Notes: generated by a model not told the origin, from the sequence alone. 61,368 nt of DNA, filler included, from 6 parts of 6 records of this genome joined end to end with filler, not necessarily neighbours in it; one strand, 5' to 3'; counted from the whole stretch's first letter, positions 35,301 through 45,050 are shown. A program made the numbers and translations.

Positions 35301-36154
35301 CCACGAGCTTTCACTGCGTGCCCGTACCGAGAGAAGTGCTGAATGCTGTGCCGCTTCATGCCGCCTGCGAGAAAGGGGCCATGGAATCCTGCGGGCGCTT
35401 CTATCGCTATGTCGATGTACTTACGAGTACGATCCCGGTCCGCGGTTGCGCCGATGGGTGCGTTTGTTTCCTGCAGCGGTACTTCCTGGACGAAATAGCG
35501 AAACACTGTGTGGAACGCCATGATGCGCTGCGGAAAAAGCTGCCGTTTGCATTCCAAACTCTTTATGAGAAAGACATTGTATTGGAGCCTACTTTCCTGG
35601 CGTGGGATGCTGAAAGCGATGGCTCGGACGGCGCGAAAAAGGCGCGCAAACTAGCGCAGCCTTTCATCACTTGGCTCAAGTATGTTGATAGTCTAAGTTG
35701 AAGATGAAAGCAGTGGAGATGCACGTATATCGAATGAAAGCCTCGCATCGCTGCTTTTTTTATTCTATTGGTTGAGCTGCGATTGGGTGTACAATTCCTC
35801 TGATTTGTACCGTTTTGCAATATTTGGATTTGGAGATCAGCGTTTGTAATATGTTTAAATCCTTTGGAGTGGAAGGAGACTGGCCACCGTATGCCGCATT
35901 CTGTGCGAGTGGATGTGGCTAAGCCTGCGTGTTTGCTTCCGTCCGTCTCTACTTATTTGTTTGCGTGTGTGCGGTGATCGGGCTCACGCGAGCGAGTATG
36001 AATTTTTGCCGGTGGTCTTTTCCGCTGCAGGACGGCCGAGTCTGATGAATCGGAGGATGATGATGAGGAAGAAGACGAAGGTGGAGAGAATAATGGGAAT
36101 TCTGCTGCTGCAAACGAGAGCGACGATGAAGACTTGGATATTGATGACATCTAG
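32386..36154 (+). CDS. eIF5: Eukaryotic translation initiation factor 5, six exons, about 454 aa
   Basis: Exons 32386-32447, 33654-34113, 34433-34602, 34815-35160, 35477-35679 and 36031-36154 splice in frame with GT-AG introns. Motifs: NFRYKRPK|VQTKVEGRGNGIKT, FGVELGAQ, CPNC...CGAC Zn finger, W2 domain (LYEKDIV...AQPFITWLK) and acidic tail EDLDIDDI. Confidence 0.95.
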
Positions 36155-36734
36155 TGTGGCACGTTTTGCTCGTTCATGCCCGTATGTGCTCGTACTGTAG
36201 CCCAAATCCTGCGTGCGTGCCGCCGTCGCGATGACTGAGCGAAGCGCGCAGATATAAGACTTTTGCTCCTCTCCACACTTTTGGGTTTAGTTTTTTTGTT
36301 GTTTGTAGGGTCAGTACTTTTAGAGGGTAAGGGCTGTTTGTTTCTGTTGCGTGGCTTCGTGCCGGCTATGCCGGATCTCGAATACAGTCGCTGGAGTGCT
36401 TGCGAGGCTCCCGATCATATGCCGTCGCGTCCGCAGCGAGTATTTTCGCAACCGTGACATGCACTGCCGCGTAGAAGCTGTGAACAGACTGCAGCATCTA
36501 TCAGGGAAGAAAAACAGCAGTGGGCCAGCCTTATTCCCACTGTGCAAAAGCGCAAAGGTGGGTGTTCACAGCGTGACGCGCAACGTATGCGGCAAGGTAC
36601 GCATGCCCTCGCAGCGAAACGTCTTGACAATGCACCGCCGCGCGGATACCACCTTGCGTTAGACATCGTTGCAAGCACTGCGGTGCTCTGTATGCGACGA
36701 GCCCAGTTCATTACTTCCCACAGCAAGCGCCTTT

Positions 36735-36944
36735 TCATTGGTTTGCCTGAGGAGATGCGGCGATGCTACCGTGACGAGGGAGAAAACCACGGCACGCTGG
36801 TGCGCCACACATGCATTCTGTGCTACTGAAGTCGCCCGGCGTATTCTGTGAATAATCAATCGTCAGCTCTTCGCCAGCAGAAATCTTGCGGAGAGCGAAA
36901 AAGCTTGGCGTCGGGACTGCATGGGATATTCGCACGGGATGAAT
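36735..36944 (-). CDS. Terminal exon of a SET/post-SET lysine methyltransferase (SETMAR/SUVR3-like); upstream exons not recovered
   Basis: After acceptor CTCAG: IHPVRISHAVPTPSFFALRKISAGEELTIDY...CMCGAPACRGFLP. Confidence 0.85.
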   Translation of the reverse strand: MHPVRISHAVPTPSFFALRKISAGEELTIDYSQNTPGDFSSTECMCGAPACRGFLPRHGSIAASPQANQ

Positions 36945-37107
36945 CTGAGCGCGCAAAAGAAAACGTCAACGAGTTGGGCGAGCGAGAAACCCACCCGTTA
37001 GGAAGCAGCAGGCAATGGGCACACGTGGGAGCACAGAGGCCAACTCCGCGTCAAAGCCGGACGCGCACGGATCGGCCTACAAACATAAACGCCAGATCAA
37101 AAATAAA

Positions 37108-37207
37108 NNNNNNNNNNNNNNNNNNNNNNNNNNNNNNNNNNNNNNNNNNNNTTAATTAATTAANNNNNNNNNNNNNNNNNNNNNNNNNNNNNNNNNNNNN
37201 NNNNNNN
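37108..37207. other. Artificial contig linker
   Basis: N44-TTAATTAATTAA-N44. Confidence 0.99.
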
Positions 37208-37657
37208 GTTCATCTGGAAGGCGCGCGGGTTGCCGAATTCGTCGATCATCACAGAGTGGTCGATGACCAGATCAACAGGGTTCAGCGGGTTGATTTTCTC
37301 GGCGTCACCCCCAAGGGCAACCAGACCGTCACGCATCGCGGCAAGATCCACAACCGCCGGTACGCCGGTGAAATCCTGCATCAAGACGCGGGCAGGGCGA
37401 TAGGCGATCTCGCGCGGGTTCTGGCCCCCTTTGGCCCCCCATTCGGCAAATGCTTTGATATCGTCGACGGTAACGGTTTTTCCATCCTCGAAACGCAACA
37501 TGTTTTCCAGCACCACTTTCAACGCGGCGGGAAGGCGTGAAAAATCGCCCAGACCAGCCTCTTGTGCGGCGGGAATGGAATAATAGGCGATGCTTTGACC
37601 ACCGGCGGTGATCGTTTTACGTGTCTTGGCTGTGTCCTGTCCGACTTGAATGGTCAT
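37208..37657 (-). CDS. acnA: Aconitate hydratase A (3' truncated)
   Basis: PARVLMQDFTGVPAVVDLAAMRD, DLVIDHSV. Confidence 0.96.
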
Positions 37658-37757
37658 GGAACGGTCCCTTTCTGGGCTGCTGGCTATGGGATGTTGGGGC
37701 CTAAATGCCACTCTCCCGCTGGCTAATCAACCACTATTCATGGGGTTTGGGCATATT

Positions 37758-37775
37758 TGTATACCATGGTGTACA
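37758..37775. promoter_or_regulatory. Imperfect palindrome in the acnA/DUF1223 divergent region
   Basis: TGTATACCATGGTGTACA, 16 of 18 positions self-complementary. Confidence 0.45.
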
Positions 37776-37890
37776 GATTATGAAGAAATTCACGGTATTG
37801 GTGACACTTGTTTCAAGAAACCTTGATTGGTTATTTCATCCCCCTGCGTTTAGAAATGGGGCAACCTGCCTTGCCAGCCACTGGAATCAC

Positions 37891-38589
37891 ATGAAACAAA
37901 TTCTCCCTGCCTTCTTTGCTGCGATGCTGACATCGGCATTGCCTGTTGTCGCGCAGGATATGCCTGTGGTGGTTGAACTTTACACTTCTCAGGGCTGTTC
38001 CAGCTGCCCGCCGGCGGATGCCATCCTGCATGAGCTGGCAGCTCGTGATGATGTTATCGCGCTGGCGCTGCATGTGGATTACTGGGATTACATCGGCTGG
38101 AAAGACCCCTTTGGCGATCCCGCCCATGCGGCGCGCCAGCGGGCCTATGCGGCGGCGGGGAATCGCAGATCAATCTATACGCCCGAGATGATCGTCGGGG
38201 GAACAACGGATATCGTCGGGGCGAAGCCGATGAAACTGGCCAAGGCCATTGCAGAACATGCCAGCCAGCCGGAACAGGTGGAGATGGCATTGTCCCGATC
38301 AGATGATGAGTTGCGCATTGAGGCGCGGGCGATTGGCAAGGTCAGGGGCACATTGACCGTTCATATGCTGCGTTACACTCCGATCCATACCACCCGGATC
38401 AAACGCGGTGAAAACCGAGGCAAGACCCTGGAAAACGCTAATATTGTAGAGGGATGGACCGTTCTGGGCACATGGGACGGCAAGGCACCGCTGTCGCTCA
38501 AGACAGCCATAGCCGGGGACAAACCGGCGGTGGTGATCCTTCAGGAGGCAAATGCCGGACCAATTGTAGCTGCGGCGCGGCTGCGCTAG
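37891..38589 (+). CDS. DUF1223 secreted thioredoxin-fold protein
   Basis: Signal peptide, then VVVELYTSQGCSSCPPAD, LHVDYWDYIGWKD, YTP. Confidence 0.9.
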   Translation: MKQILPAFFAAMLTSALPVVAQDMPVVVELYTSQGCSSCPPADAILHELAARDDVIALALHVDYWDYIGWKDPFGDPAHAARQRAYAAAGNRRSIYTPEMIVGGTTDIVGAKPMKLAKAIAEHASQPEQVEMALSRSDDELRIEARAIGKVRGTLTVHMLRYTPIHTTRIKRGENRGKTLENANIVEGWTVLGTWDGKAPLSLKTAIAGDKPAVVILQEANAGPIVAAARLR

Positions 38590-38645
38590 CGGGCATGCCT
38601 TGAAGGGAAAGCGCTACGACGTTGGTAACAGTCTTGGCGCCGGCT

Positions 38646-39554
38646 TTAATCCTCGTCAGCGCGCCATCTTCTGTGAACCCAAAACCATTGATCCGGCGAC
38701 TGGTTGATCCGCGCCGACAAGCTGTCGTTCAGGGCCTGTGTCATGGTTGTGGGGTCGGAATGCGGCACCGGCGCTTCCAGAACGGTTTCAAAACTTAACC
38801 CATCGGGCCGACGAATGCCGTAAAATGGAATCAACTGCGCGTCATAACGCAGCGCGAGTTCAGCGGCGGACAGCGCCGTGCGCGCGGGTTCTCCCATAAA
38901 ATCCAGCACAGGTGCATAAAGCACATGCTGATCAAACAGCAACACTAGCTGGCCCCCGTCTTTGAGGTGACGCACAAAGCCTGCGGTGCCTTTGCGCCCC
39001 TGCGGAAAGACCGGCCCGCCAAAAGCTTCCATCGTTTTGACGTAATGTGCGTTGAAATAGGGGTTCTTCATGTCGCGGTAGAGGCCGCCGATATCATAGC
39101 CGCGCGCCACCAGCGCGGCCCGTGTCGCCTCGTAATTTCCGAAATGACCGCTGACAAGGATCACCGGGCGGTTGGCCTTTACCGCGTCTTCAAGGGCCGC
39201 TGCACCGGGGCCTTGCGGGGTGTTCTGCGCCATACGCGCGGGAAAATCCTTGGCTGAATAGTTTTCGATGAACGAACGGCCCACATTGTTCAGACAGCCA
39301 CGGGCAATCTCAAGGTGGCGTTCCTTGGGCATCTCGGGCCAGATCAGCGCCAGATTGTCGAGGGCCCGTTTGCGATAACCGGCAAGCGGGCCAATCAAAT
39401 GTTCCACCAGCCAGCCGACAAACCGGACACGGGTGGCATAGGGCAGGGCGAGCGCAAGCCGGATCACTCCTACAATCAACGCATTACTCAGAAAATCCCC
39501 AAGCCGCTGGGCGGGTTGCGCATGTGGGTCGTCTTGGGATTGTTGGTCTGACAT
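38646..39554 (-). CDS. Lipid A lauroyl/lysophospholipid acyltransferase (LpxL/HtrB family)
   Basis: SGHFGNYE, LLFDQH, PDQWFWVHRRW. Confidence 0.9.
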   Translation of the reverse strand: MSDQQSQDDPHAQPAQRLGDFLSNALIVGVIRLALALPYATRVRFVGWLVEHLIGPLAGYRKRALDNLALIWPEMPKERHLEIARGCLNNVGRSFIENYSAKDFPARMAQNTPQGPGAAALEDAVKANRPVILVSGHFGNYEATRAALVARGYDIGGLYRDMKNPYFNAHYVKTMEAFGGPVFPQGRKGTAGFVRHLKDGGQLVLLFDQHVLYAPVLDFMGEPARTALSAAELALRYDAQLIPFYGIRRPDGLSFETVLEAPVPHSDPTTMTQALNDSLSARINQSPDQWFWVHRRWRADED

Positions 39555-39646
39555 AGGGCTCTGACGCTTGGGGCAGTTGCGCCAGACATAGCCCGCGTAC
39601 CCCTGCGCAACAAGTCAGCTTTGCGCATCTACGTGAGGGGGGCGGA

Positions 39647-40723
39647 TTATCCTTCCTCCTCCTCGTCCTCTTCAACGATCAGCAAGAGGTCGCCAGCCTG
39701 TTCCATCCGGCGGATAACATCAACAACATCGGACATCGCCGCCTCTGCATCTGCGGGTTTCACCTTTCCGGCCCCTTCCATGTCTTCGCGCAGCTGATCT
39801 GCCATCCGGCCCGACATGTTTTCCAGCATGAAGTCACGCGAGGTAGCGAACCCTGCGGCTTCCGCCCCGGCAAGCGCGATCACCAATTTGGCCTGATCCA
39901 CCTCGCGCAAGACGCGCGGAATGTCGCGTGCGGCGATGCGGGTAGCGATATTGCCAAAGGTAAAGATCGCCTTTCGCACCGCATTGGCAAAGCCCTGATC
40001 GGTTTCATCAAGTCCGGTCAGCACATCGTCACGGGTCAAGGAAGTAGAGGAGTTCAGGATGGCGCCAACCCGTTCCACCGGATCATCCTCAAAGGCGCGG
40101 GCAGGTTGGGAATCAAGTTGCATGGCCAGTGACAGACCAATCCGGTCAACAGCATCGGGTGTGACCGCATTGGTCAGGGAAACCGCATAGGTAATCCGGC
40201 GCGCCTGTGAGCCGGGTATCCGGCCCAGCAGCTCTGCCGCCATCGACACCGGAAGCTTGGACAGCATGACAGCGGCAACTTCGATGCTTTCGATTTCCAG
40301 CACCGGCAACAACCGGTCCGGTCCCAACTCGCGCAGGCGTTTCCAGGGATCGCCAAACTGGCGCACCCCCGCCTCCTTGCGCAGACGGGCGGCGGTATGG
40401 GGGCTGATTTTACCGTCCAGCGCGTCCAGAGCCCCTGCCATGCCGGAAGGGAAGGACAATCCGATCTTTCCCAGTTCAGCGGAAAACTCCTCTACAACAG
40501 CGCTGAGCGTGTCGCGATCCACCGTGCGCATGGTGCCCATTTGATGGGTCAGTGCCACCTGTGCCTCATCCGGCAGATCTTCCAGCGGGATCTCTGCCCC
40601 CTCGTTCAGCAACAAGCGCACAACAATGGCCGCCTTGGCACGGCGGCTGAGCGATACAGTCGCGCCGCCCCCCGAAAGTCCGGGCAGCGGCGCGAAATTG
40701 TTCATTGCAACGATGTCGTTCAT
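39647..40723 (-). CDS. fliG: Flagellar motor switch protein FliG-like
   Basis: KAAIVVRLL N-terminus, ES.EVAAVML middle domain, VRKAIFTF..I and FMLENMSGRMA C-terminal domain. Confidence 0.85.
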   Translation of the reverse strand: MNDIVAMNNFAPLPGLSGGGATVSLSRRAKAAIVVRLLLNEGAEIPLEDLPDEAQVALTHQMGTMRTVDRDTLSAVVEEFSAELGKIGLSFPSGMAGALDALDGKISPHTAARLRKEAGVRQFGDPWKRLRELGPDRLLPVLEIESIEVAAVMLSKLPVSMAAELLGRIPGSQARRITYAVSLTNAVTPDAVDRIGLSLAMQLDSQPARAFEDDPVERVGAILNSSTSLTRDDVLTGLDETDQGFANAVRKAIFTFGNIATRIAARDIPRVLREVDQAKLVIALAGAEAAGFATSRDFMLENMSGRMADQLREDMEGAGKVKPADAEAAMSDVVDVIRRMEQAGDLLLIVEEDEEEEG

Positions 40724-40800
40724 CTATCACAAACCCCATGATTTAAGGGGCTTATCGGTGTTAAAGATGAAGAAACCTTGAAGGGTAAACCAGCCAAATC

Positions 40801-41328
40801 CTAATAATTAAAGGTTTTGCCTGTGGCGATGGCGGTCCGCAAAGACGCTTCGGCCCAGCTGCCGCTGCCACCATGGTTGCGGATTTCGCGCAGTTGGAAC
40901 ATGGCATCCGCCACCTTGCCCTGCTCAACCAGCGCTTGCCCCATGTAGGAACGTGCCAGCACATTGGCAGGGTTCACCCGCAGGGCGGCGTTGTAATAGG
41001 TCATTGCCGCGTCGACATTACCCATTTTGCGGCTGGTAAAACCCAGATAGGTCAATGTGCGGTCATCCTCTGCGGGCATCTGCGCCAGCACAGCCTGTGC
41101 CTCTGCATAGCGTCCGGCATAGGCCAGTTCACGCAGGTTTTCATAAAGGCTATCGACGTCCAGATTGCTTTCTTCCGCAGCAACGCAGGATTTTGTCTTT
41201 TTGTCGTAAACCTGACCGGTTTCGCATTTCGGCTTGCTTGGAGCCATTTCATCGCCGCCCCCGGCGGCCCAGGCACCGGAAGCCACAAAAGGCAGGGCAA
41301 CGGCGGTGGCGAGAATAAACTGTTTCAT
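40801..41328 (-). CDS. Secreted TPR protein with an N-terminal Cys-pair motif
   Basis: GGAG RBS, signal peptide (AWA), CETGQVYDKKTKSC, then TPR helices (TYLGFTSRKMG...YYNAAL.VNP...ARSYMGQ). Confidence 0.85.
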   Translation of the reverse strand: MKQFILATAVALPFVASGAWAAGGGDEMAPSKPKCETGQVYDKKTKSCVAAEESNLDVDSLYENLRELAYAGRYAEAQAVLAQMPAEDDRTLTYLGFTSRKMGNVDAAMTYYNAALRVNPANVLARSYMGQALVEQGKVADAMFQLREIRNHGGSGSWAEASLRTAIATGKTFNY

Positions 41329-41534
41329 AACTGACTCCATAAATGCAATTCCAGAAATGTAGCCTATCAACGGAACTTGCCAAGCATTTCCTGCCTCAGA
41401 ACACGGCTGTGTGAACGCCATGGGGGCGTGTGGGTTAAGATATCTGTGCGTTCTGGTCGCAGACACCGGGCCTTTGGTCAAAAATGTTCCAAAGGGCAGC
41501 GCCTGTCCGGGCACCAGGGGGAAAGGGTTGCGCC

Positions 41535-41696
41535 TCAGGTATTGACGGGCAGGCAGCTGTGGGTGCTGGTGTCATAGGCCGTTCCGGCGGCACAGGACAT
41601 CGCCTGTTTTTCCTTACCGTGGCTACAGCCTTCGGCAAAGGCCAAGCCCGGGGCGGTGGTCAGGGCGAGGGCAACAATAAACGTCTTGATCTTCAT
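41535..41696 (-). CDS. 53-aa secreted Cys-containing peptide (below the ORF-track cutoff)
   Basis: GAGGAGA RBS; MKIKTFIVALALTTAPGLAFA-EGCSHGKEKQAMSCAAGTAYDTSTHSCLPVNT*. Confidence 0.85.
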   Translation of the reverse strand: MKIKTFIVALALTTAPGLAFAEGCSHGKEKQAMSCAAGTAYDTSTHSCLPVNT

Positions 41697-41714
41697 GGTC
41701 CGTCTCCTCGTATT

Positions 41715-41745
41715 TATTGCGCAAACCTACAGGGTTTGCGCAATA
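41715..41745. promoter_or_regulatory. Perfect 13-bp inverted repeat just upstream of the peptide RBS
   Basis: TATTGCGCAAACC-tacag-GGTTTGCGCAATA. Confidence 0.6.
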
Positions 41746-41807
41746 TTTGAAACATTCGGAGTGGTCCGGAGGCAACTTGCGCAGAAACGCGCCGGTTTCT
41801 CAGGGTG

Positions 41808-43112
41808 TCAGTCGCCAAACACGCGTTTGAAAATCGTGTCGACATGTTTGGTGTGATAGCCGAGATCGAATTTCTCTTCGATCTCCTCGGGGCTCAGGGA
41901 CTTGAGCACATCTTCATCCGCCAGCAGCTCGGTTTTGAAGTCCTTGCCTTCTTCCCATACTTTCATCGCATTGCGCTGCACCAGCTTATAGGAATCCTCG
42001 CGCGATACGCCCGCTTGGGTCAGGGCCAGCAGAACCCGCTGCGACATCACCAAGCCGCGGAATTTATTCATATTCGCCAGCATGTTGTCCGGGTAAATCA
42101 CCAATTTGTCGATGACGCCGGTCAGGCGTGAAAGGGCGAAATCAAGGGTGACTGTTGTGTCAGGGCCGATGTTGCGCTCGACGGAGCTGTGCGAAATGTC
42201 CCGCTCGTGCCAGAGGGCGACGTTTTCCATGGCGGGCACAACAGACATGCGGCAGAGGCGCGCCAGACCGGTCAGGTTTTCCGTCAGTACCGGGTTGCGC
42301 TTATGCGGCATGGCGCTTGAGCCTTTTTGACCGGCAGAGAAGAACTCTTCGGCCTCCAGCACTTCGGTGCGCTGCATATGGCGGATTTCTGTGGCGATGT
42401 TTTCGATGGAAGAACCGACAACGCCGAGACAGGCAAAGAAGGCCGCGTGGCGGTCGCGGGGGATCACCTGAGTGGAAATCGGTTCGGGTTTCAGGCCAAG
42501 CTTTTCGCAGACATGCTCTTCGATGGCTGGATCGATATTGGCAAATGTTCCGACCGCACCGGAGATCGCGCCTGTGGCAATCTCATCGCGTGCGACGCGC
42601 AGGCGCGCGAGGTTGCGGTCCATTTCGGCGTAAAACCGTGCGAAGGTCAGCCCCATGGTTGTGGGTTCAGCGTGGATGCCGTGGCTGCGGCCAATGCGCA
42701 CCGTGTCCTTATGTTCCAGCGCGCGGCGCTTCAGCGCAGCCAGCAGCGCTTCAACGTCGGCAATCAGAATATCGGCGGCCCGTGTCAGCTGAACATTGAA
42801 ACAAGTGTCCAGCACATCCGAGCTGGTCATGCCCTGATGGACAAAGCGCGCTTCATCGCTGCCGATATGTTCTGCCAGATGGGTCAGGAAGGCGATGACA
42901 TCATGTTTGGTCACGGCCTCGATCTCGTCAATCCGGGCGACGTCGAATTCAACATCCTTGGCTTTCCAGACGGCTTCGGCGTTTTCACGCGGGATCACCC
43001 CCAGATCGGCCATGGCATCGCAGGCATTTGCCTCGATCTCGTACCAGATGCGGAACTTGGTCGCGGCGGACCAGATGTTAACCATTTCGGGGCGGGAATA
43101 GCGGAGGATCAT
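41808..43112 (-). CDS. purB: Adenylosuccinate lyase
   Basis: [40 protein letters not shown]. Confidence 0.98.
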   Translation of the reverse strand: MILRYSRPEMVNIWSAATKFRIWYEIEANACDAMADLGVIPRENAEAVWKAKDVEFDVARIDEIEAVTKHDVIAFLTHLAEHIGSDEARFVHQGMTSSDVLDTCFNVQLTRAADILIADVEALLAALKRRALEHKDTVRIGRSHGIHAEPTTMGLTFARFYAEMDRNLARLRVARDEIATGAISGAVGTFANIDPAIEEHVCEKLGLKPEPISTQVIPRDRHAAFFACLGVVGSSIENIATEIRHMQRTEVLEAEEFFSAGQKGSSAMPHKRNPVLTENLTGLARLCRMSVVPAMENVALWHERDISHSSVERNIGPDTTVTLDFALSRLTGVIDKLVIYPDNMLANMNKFRGLVMSQRVLLALTQAGVSREDSYKLVQRNAMKVWEEGKDFKTELLADEDVLKSLSPEEIEEKFDLGYHTKHVDTIFKRVFGD

Positions 43113-43272
43113 GCGGGGCACACCTTTTTGTGACGGTTTTCAGGGTCACCGGCGGCATAGACTGATGGGGGGCGGAGGACAAGATGGCAGCGGTGGCTTA
43201 GCGTCCGGTTACTGTGGTAATCGCAGGCGGGGGGTGCGAGCGGAGAGTGCGGACAGTATATAAGGCCAAAAA

Positions 43273-43372
43273 NNNNNNNNNNNNNNNNNNNNNNNNNNNN
43301 NNNNNNNNNNNNNNNNTTAATTAATTAANNNNNNNNNNNNNNNNNNNNNNNNNNNNNNNNNNNNNNNNNNNN
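43273..43372. other. Artificial contig linker
   Basis: N44-TTAATTAATTAA-N44. Confidence 0.99.
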
Positions 43373-43682
43373 CACCGGCACCATCTGGTTCTTCACCCTG
43401 GGGCTGCTGTTCATCGGTTGGATCATCGACCTGTTCCTGATCCCAGCGATGGACCGGGAGGCGGACCAGCGCTTCCGGGAAGGCGAGGTCAGTTACAACA
43501 TCGGCTGGATACTGCTGACGTTCCTGGGGGTGTTTGGCATCCACCGCATGTACATGGGCAAGTGGATTACCGGGATAATTTACCTGCTCACCGGTGGTCT
43601 GTTCCTGGTAGGCGTGCTCTATGATTTCTGGACATTGAACAGCCAGATCTCCGAGCGTAACCAGGAAATGAAGTTCAGTTAG
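43373..43682 (+). CDS. TM2/NINE-domain membrane protein (5' truncated)
   Basis: FFTLGLLFIGWIIDLFLIP and LGVFGIHRMYMGKWITGIIYLLTGG tandem TM2 motifs. Confidence 0.85.
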
Positions 43683-43685
43683 GGG

Positions 43686-45050
43686 TTACAGTCCGGCTGC
43701 TGTCTCCAGTTCGGCCAACCCTTCCTCGAGATAATCGAGCATGCGCTGCAGGCTGGGTAAGGTGCGACGGCAGCCGATCAGACCGAATTCCACCTGGTCG
43801 CAGTAGCTGGTCAGGGTCATGTTCAAGGCGATCCGGTCCATGGCAATGGAAACCGGGTACATGCCTTCAAGCCTTGCGCCGTTCCAGTAGCTGGGCTCCT
43901 TCGGCCCTGGGACGTTGGAAATCACCACATTGAACGTCTGCCATTTCGGCGCCAGTCCGGTCAGCAAGTTGAAACCTGCCGGGGCCAGAAGCAAGGCCGT
44001 GTAATTCAGAATCTCTTCCGGCGACATCGTCGCATAGCGCTCCTTGGCGGCTTTCACGTCTTCGTGGATGTAGCGCAGCCGATCGGCGCCGTCATTCAGA
44101 TGAGTGCCCAACGACGCCAGGATGATGCCCACCTGGTTGCCGCCTGAGCTGTCATCGGTTCGCAGGGAGACGGGCACCATGGCCACCAGCGGCTTTTCCG
44201 GCAGTGCGTCCTGGTTCATCAGATAGGTTCGCAGTGCCGAGGCGCACATAGCCATGACCACATCGTTGACGGTGGTATCGTAGGCCACGCACACCGCGCG
44301 AATGCGTTTCAGGCAGTATGACTGGGCTGCAAAACGGCGAGAGCCGGTGATCTTGTCGTTCAGGACACAGCGCGGCGCGTGGAAAATGGAATCGTAGGCC
44401 GGATTCTTGCGAGCCCGGTTGACGGTGCTCAGCAATGCCTTCGAGACCGCTGGCACGGTGCCTAGCTGTTTGCCGGATTCGCCGAGCAGATGGGCTATAT
44501 TGCGCCACATGGAGGGGCCATCGTCGCTCTCGTTGCGACTGTGTCGTGGCAACGACCAGATCGGGGGCATGTTTCGTTCGTCCGGGTCCTGCGACAGCAT
44601 GCGCTGGAACAGTCGCATGGCGGACACGCCGTCCACCAGGGAGTGATGCACCTTGGTATACACGGCGAACTGCCGGTCCTTCAGGCCCTCGATGAGGTGG
44701 AATTCCCACATCGGCCGTTCCCGGTCCATCAGGTGGCTGTGCTCGGCGGACACAAACGCCAACAACTCCCGAATCCGGCCGGGGGTCGGCAGGGCCTCAA
44801 AGCGGAAATGGTGCTCCAGATCCAGGTGCTCGTCTTCCACCCACACGGGCTGACCGAACCGATTGCCCAGGCGCCGGTCGAAGGGGGGTGTGACGATGGT
44901 TTCCTCCCGCAACTGGTCCGCAAGTTGGGCCACATAGTCATCCGGTGCGTCCTCGGGGAACGAGAACAGCTGCAGGCCGCCAACGTGCATGGGCTGCTGG
45001 CGTTTTTCCAGCCACAGGAAAACTTGGTCAACAGGGCTCAGTGGTCTCAC
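43686..45050 (-). CDS. Wax ester synthase/diacylglycerol acyltransferase (WS/DGAT)
   Basis: LSPVDQVFL, QPMHVGGL, catalytic HHSLVDG, TVNDVV, FNVVISNVPGP. Confidence 0.95.
   Translation of the reverse strand: MRPLSPVDQVFLWLEKRQQPMHVGGLQLFSFPEDAPDDYVAQLADQLREETIVTPPFDRRLGNRFGQPVWVEDEHLDLEHHFRFEALPTPGRIRELLAFVSAEHSHLMDRERPMWEFHLIEGLKDRQFAVYTKVHHSLVDGVSAMRLFQRMLSQDPDERNMPPIWSLPRHSRNESDDGPSMWRNIAHLLGESGKQLGTVPAVSKALLSTVNRARKNPAYDSIFHAPRCVLNDKITGSRRFAAQSYCLKRIRAVCVAYDTTVNDVVMAMCASALRTYLMNQDALPEKPLVAMVPVSLRTDDSSGGNQVGIILASLGTHLNDGADRLRYIHEDVKAAKERYATMSPEEILNYTALLLAPAGFNLLTGLAPKWQTFNVVISNVPGPKEPSYWNGARLEGMYPVSIAMDRIALNMTLTSYCDQVEFGLIGCRRTLPSLQRMLDYLEEGLAELETAAGL

Noticed and set aside
32448-36030. 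Intronic C/D snoRNAs in eIF5 introns
   Set aside because: No clean RTGATGA/CTGA pair with a terminal stem. A candidate in the last intron has only about 8 nt of rRNA-like complementarity.
41372-41400. ECF-sigma-like GGAACTT-N17-TCAGA
   Set aside because: It points antisense to all local genes and is short enough to be chance.
43198-43272. Possible 3' end of a minus-strand gene upstream of purB
   Set aside because: Only 24 codons at the contig edge, with no motif.
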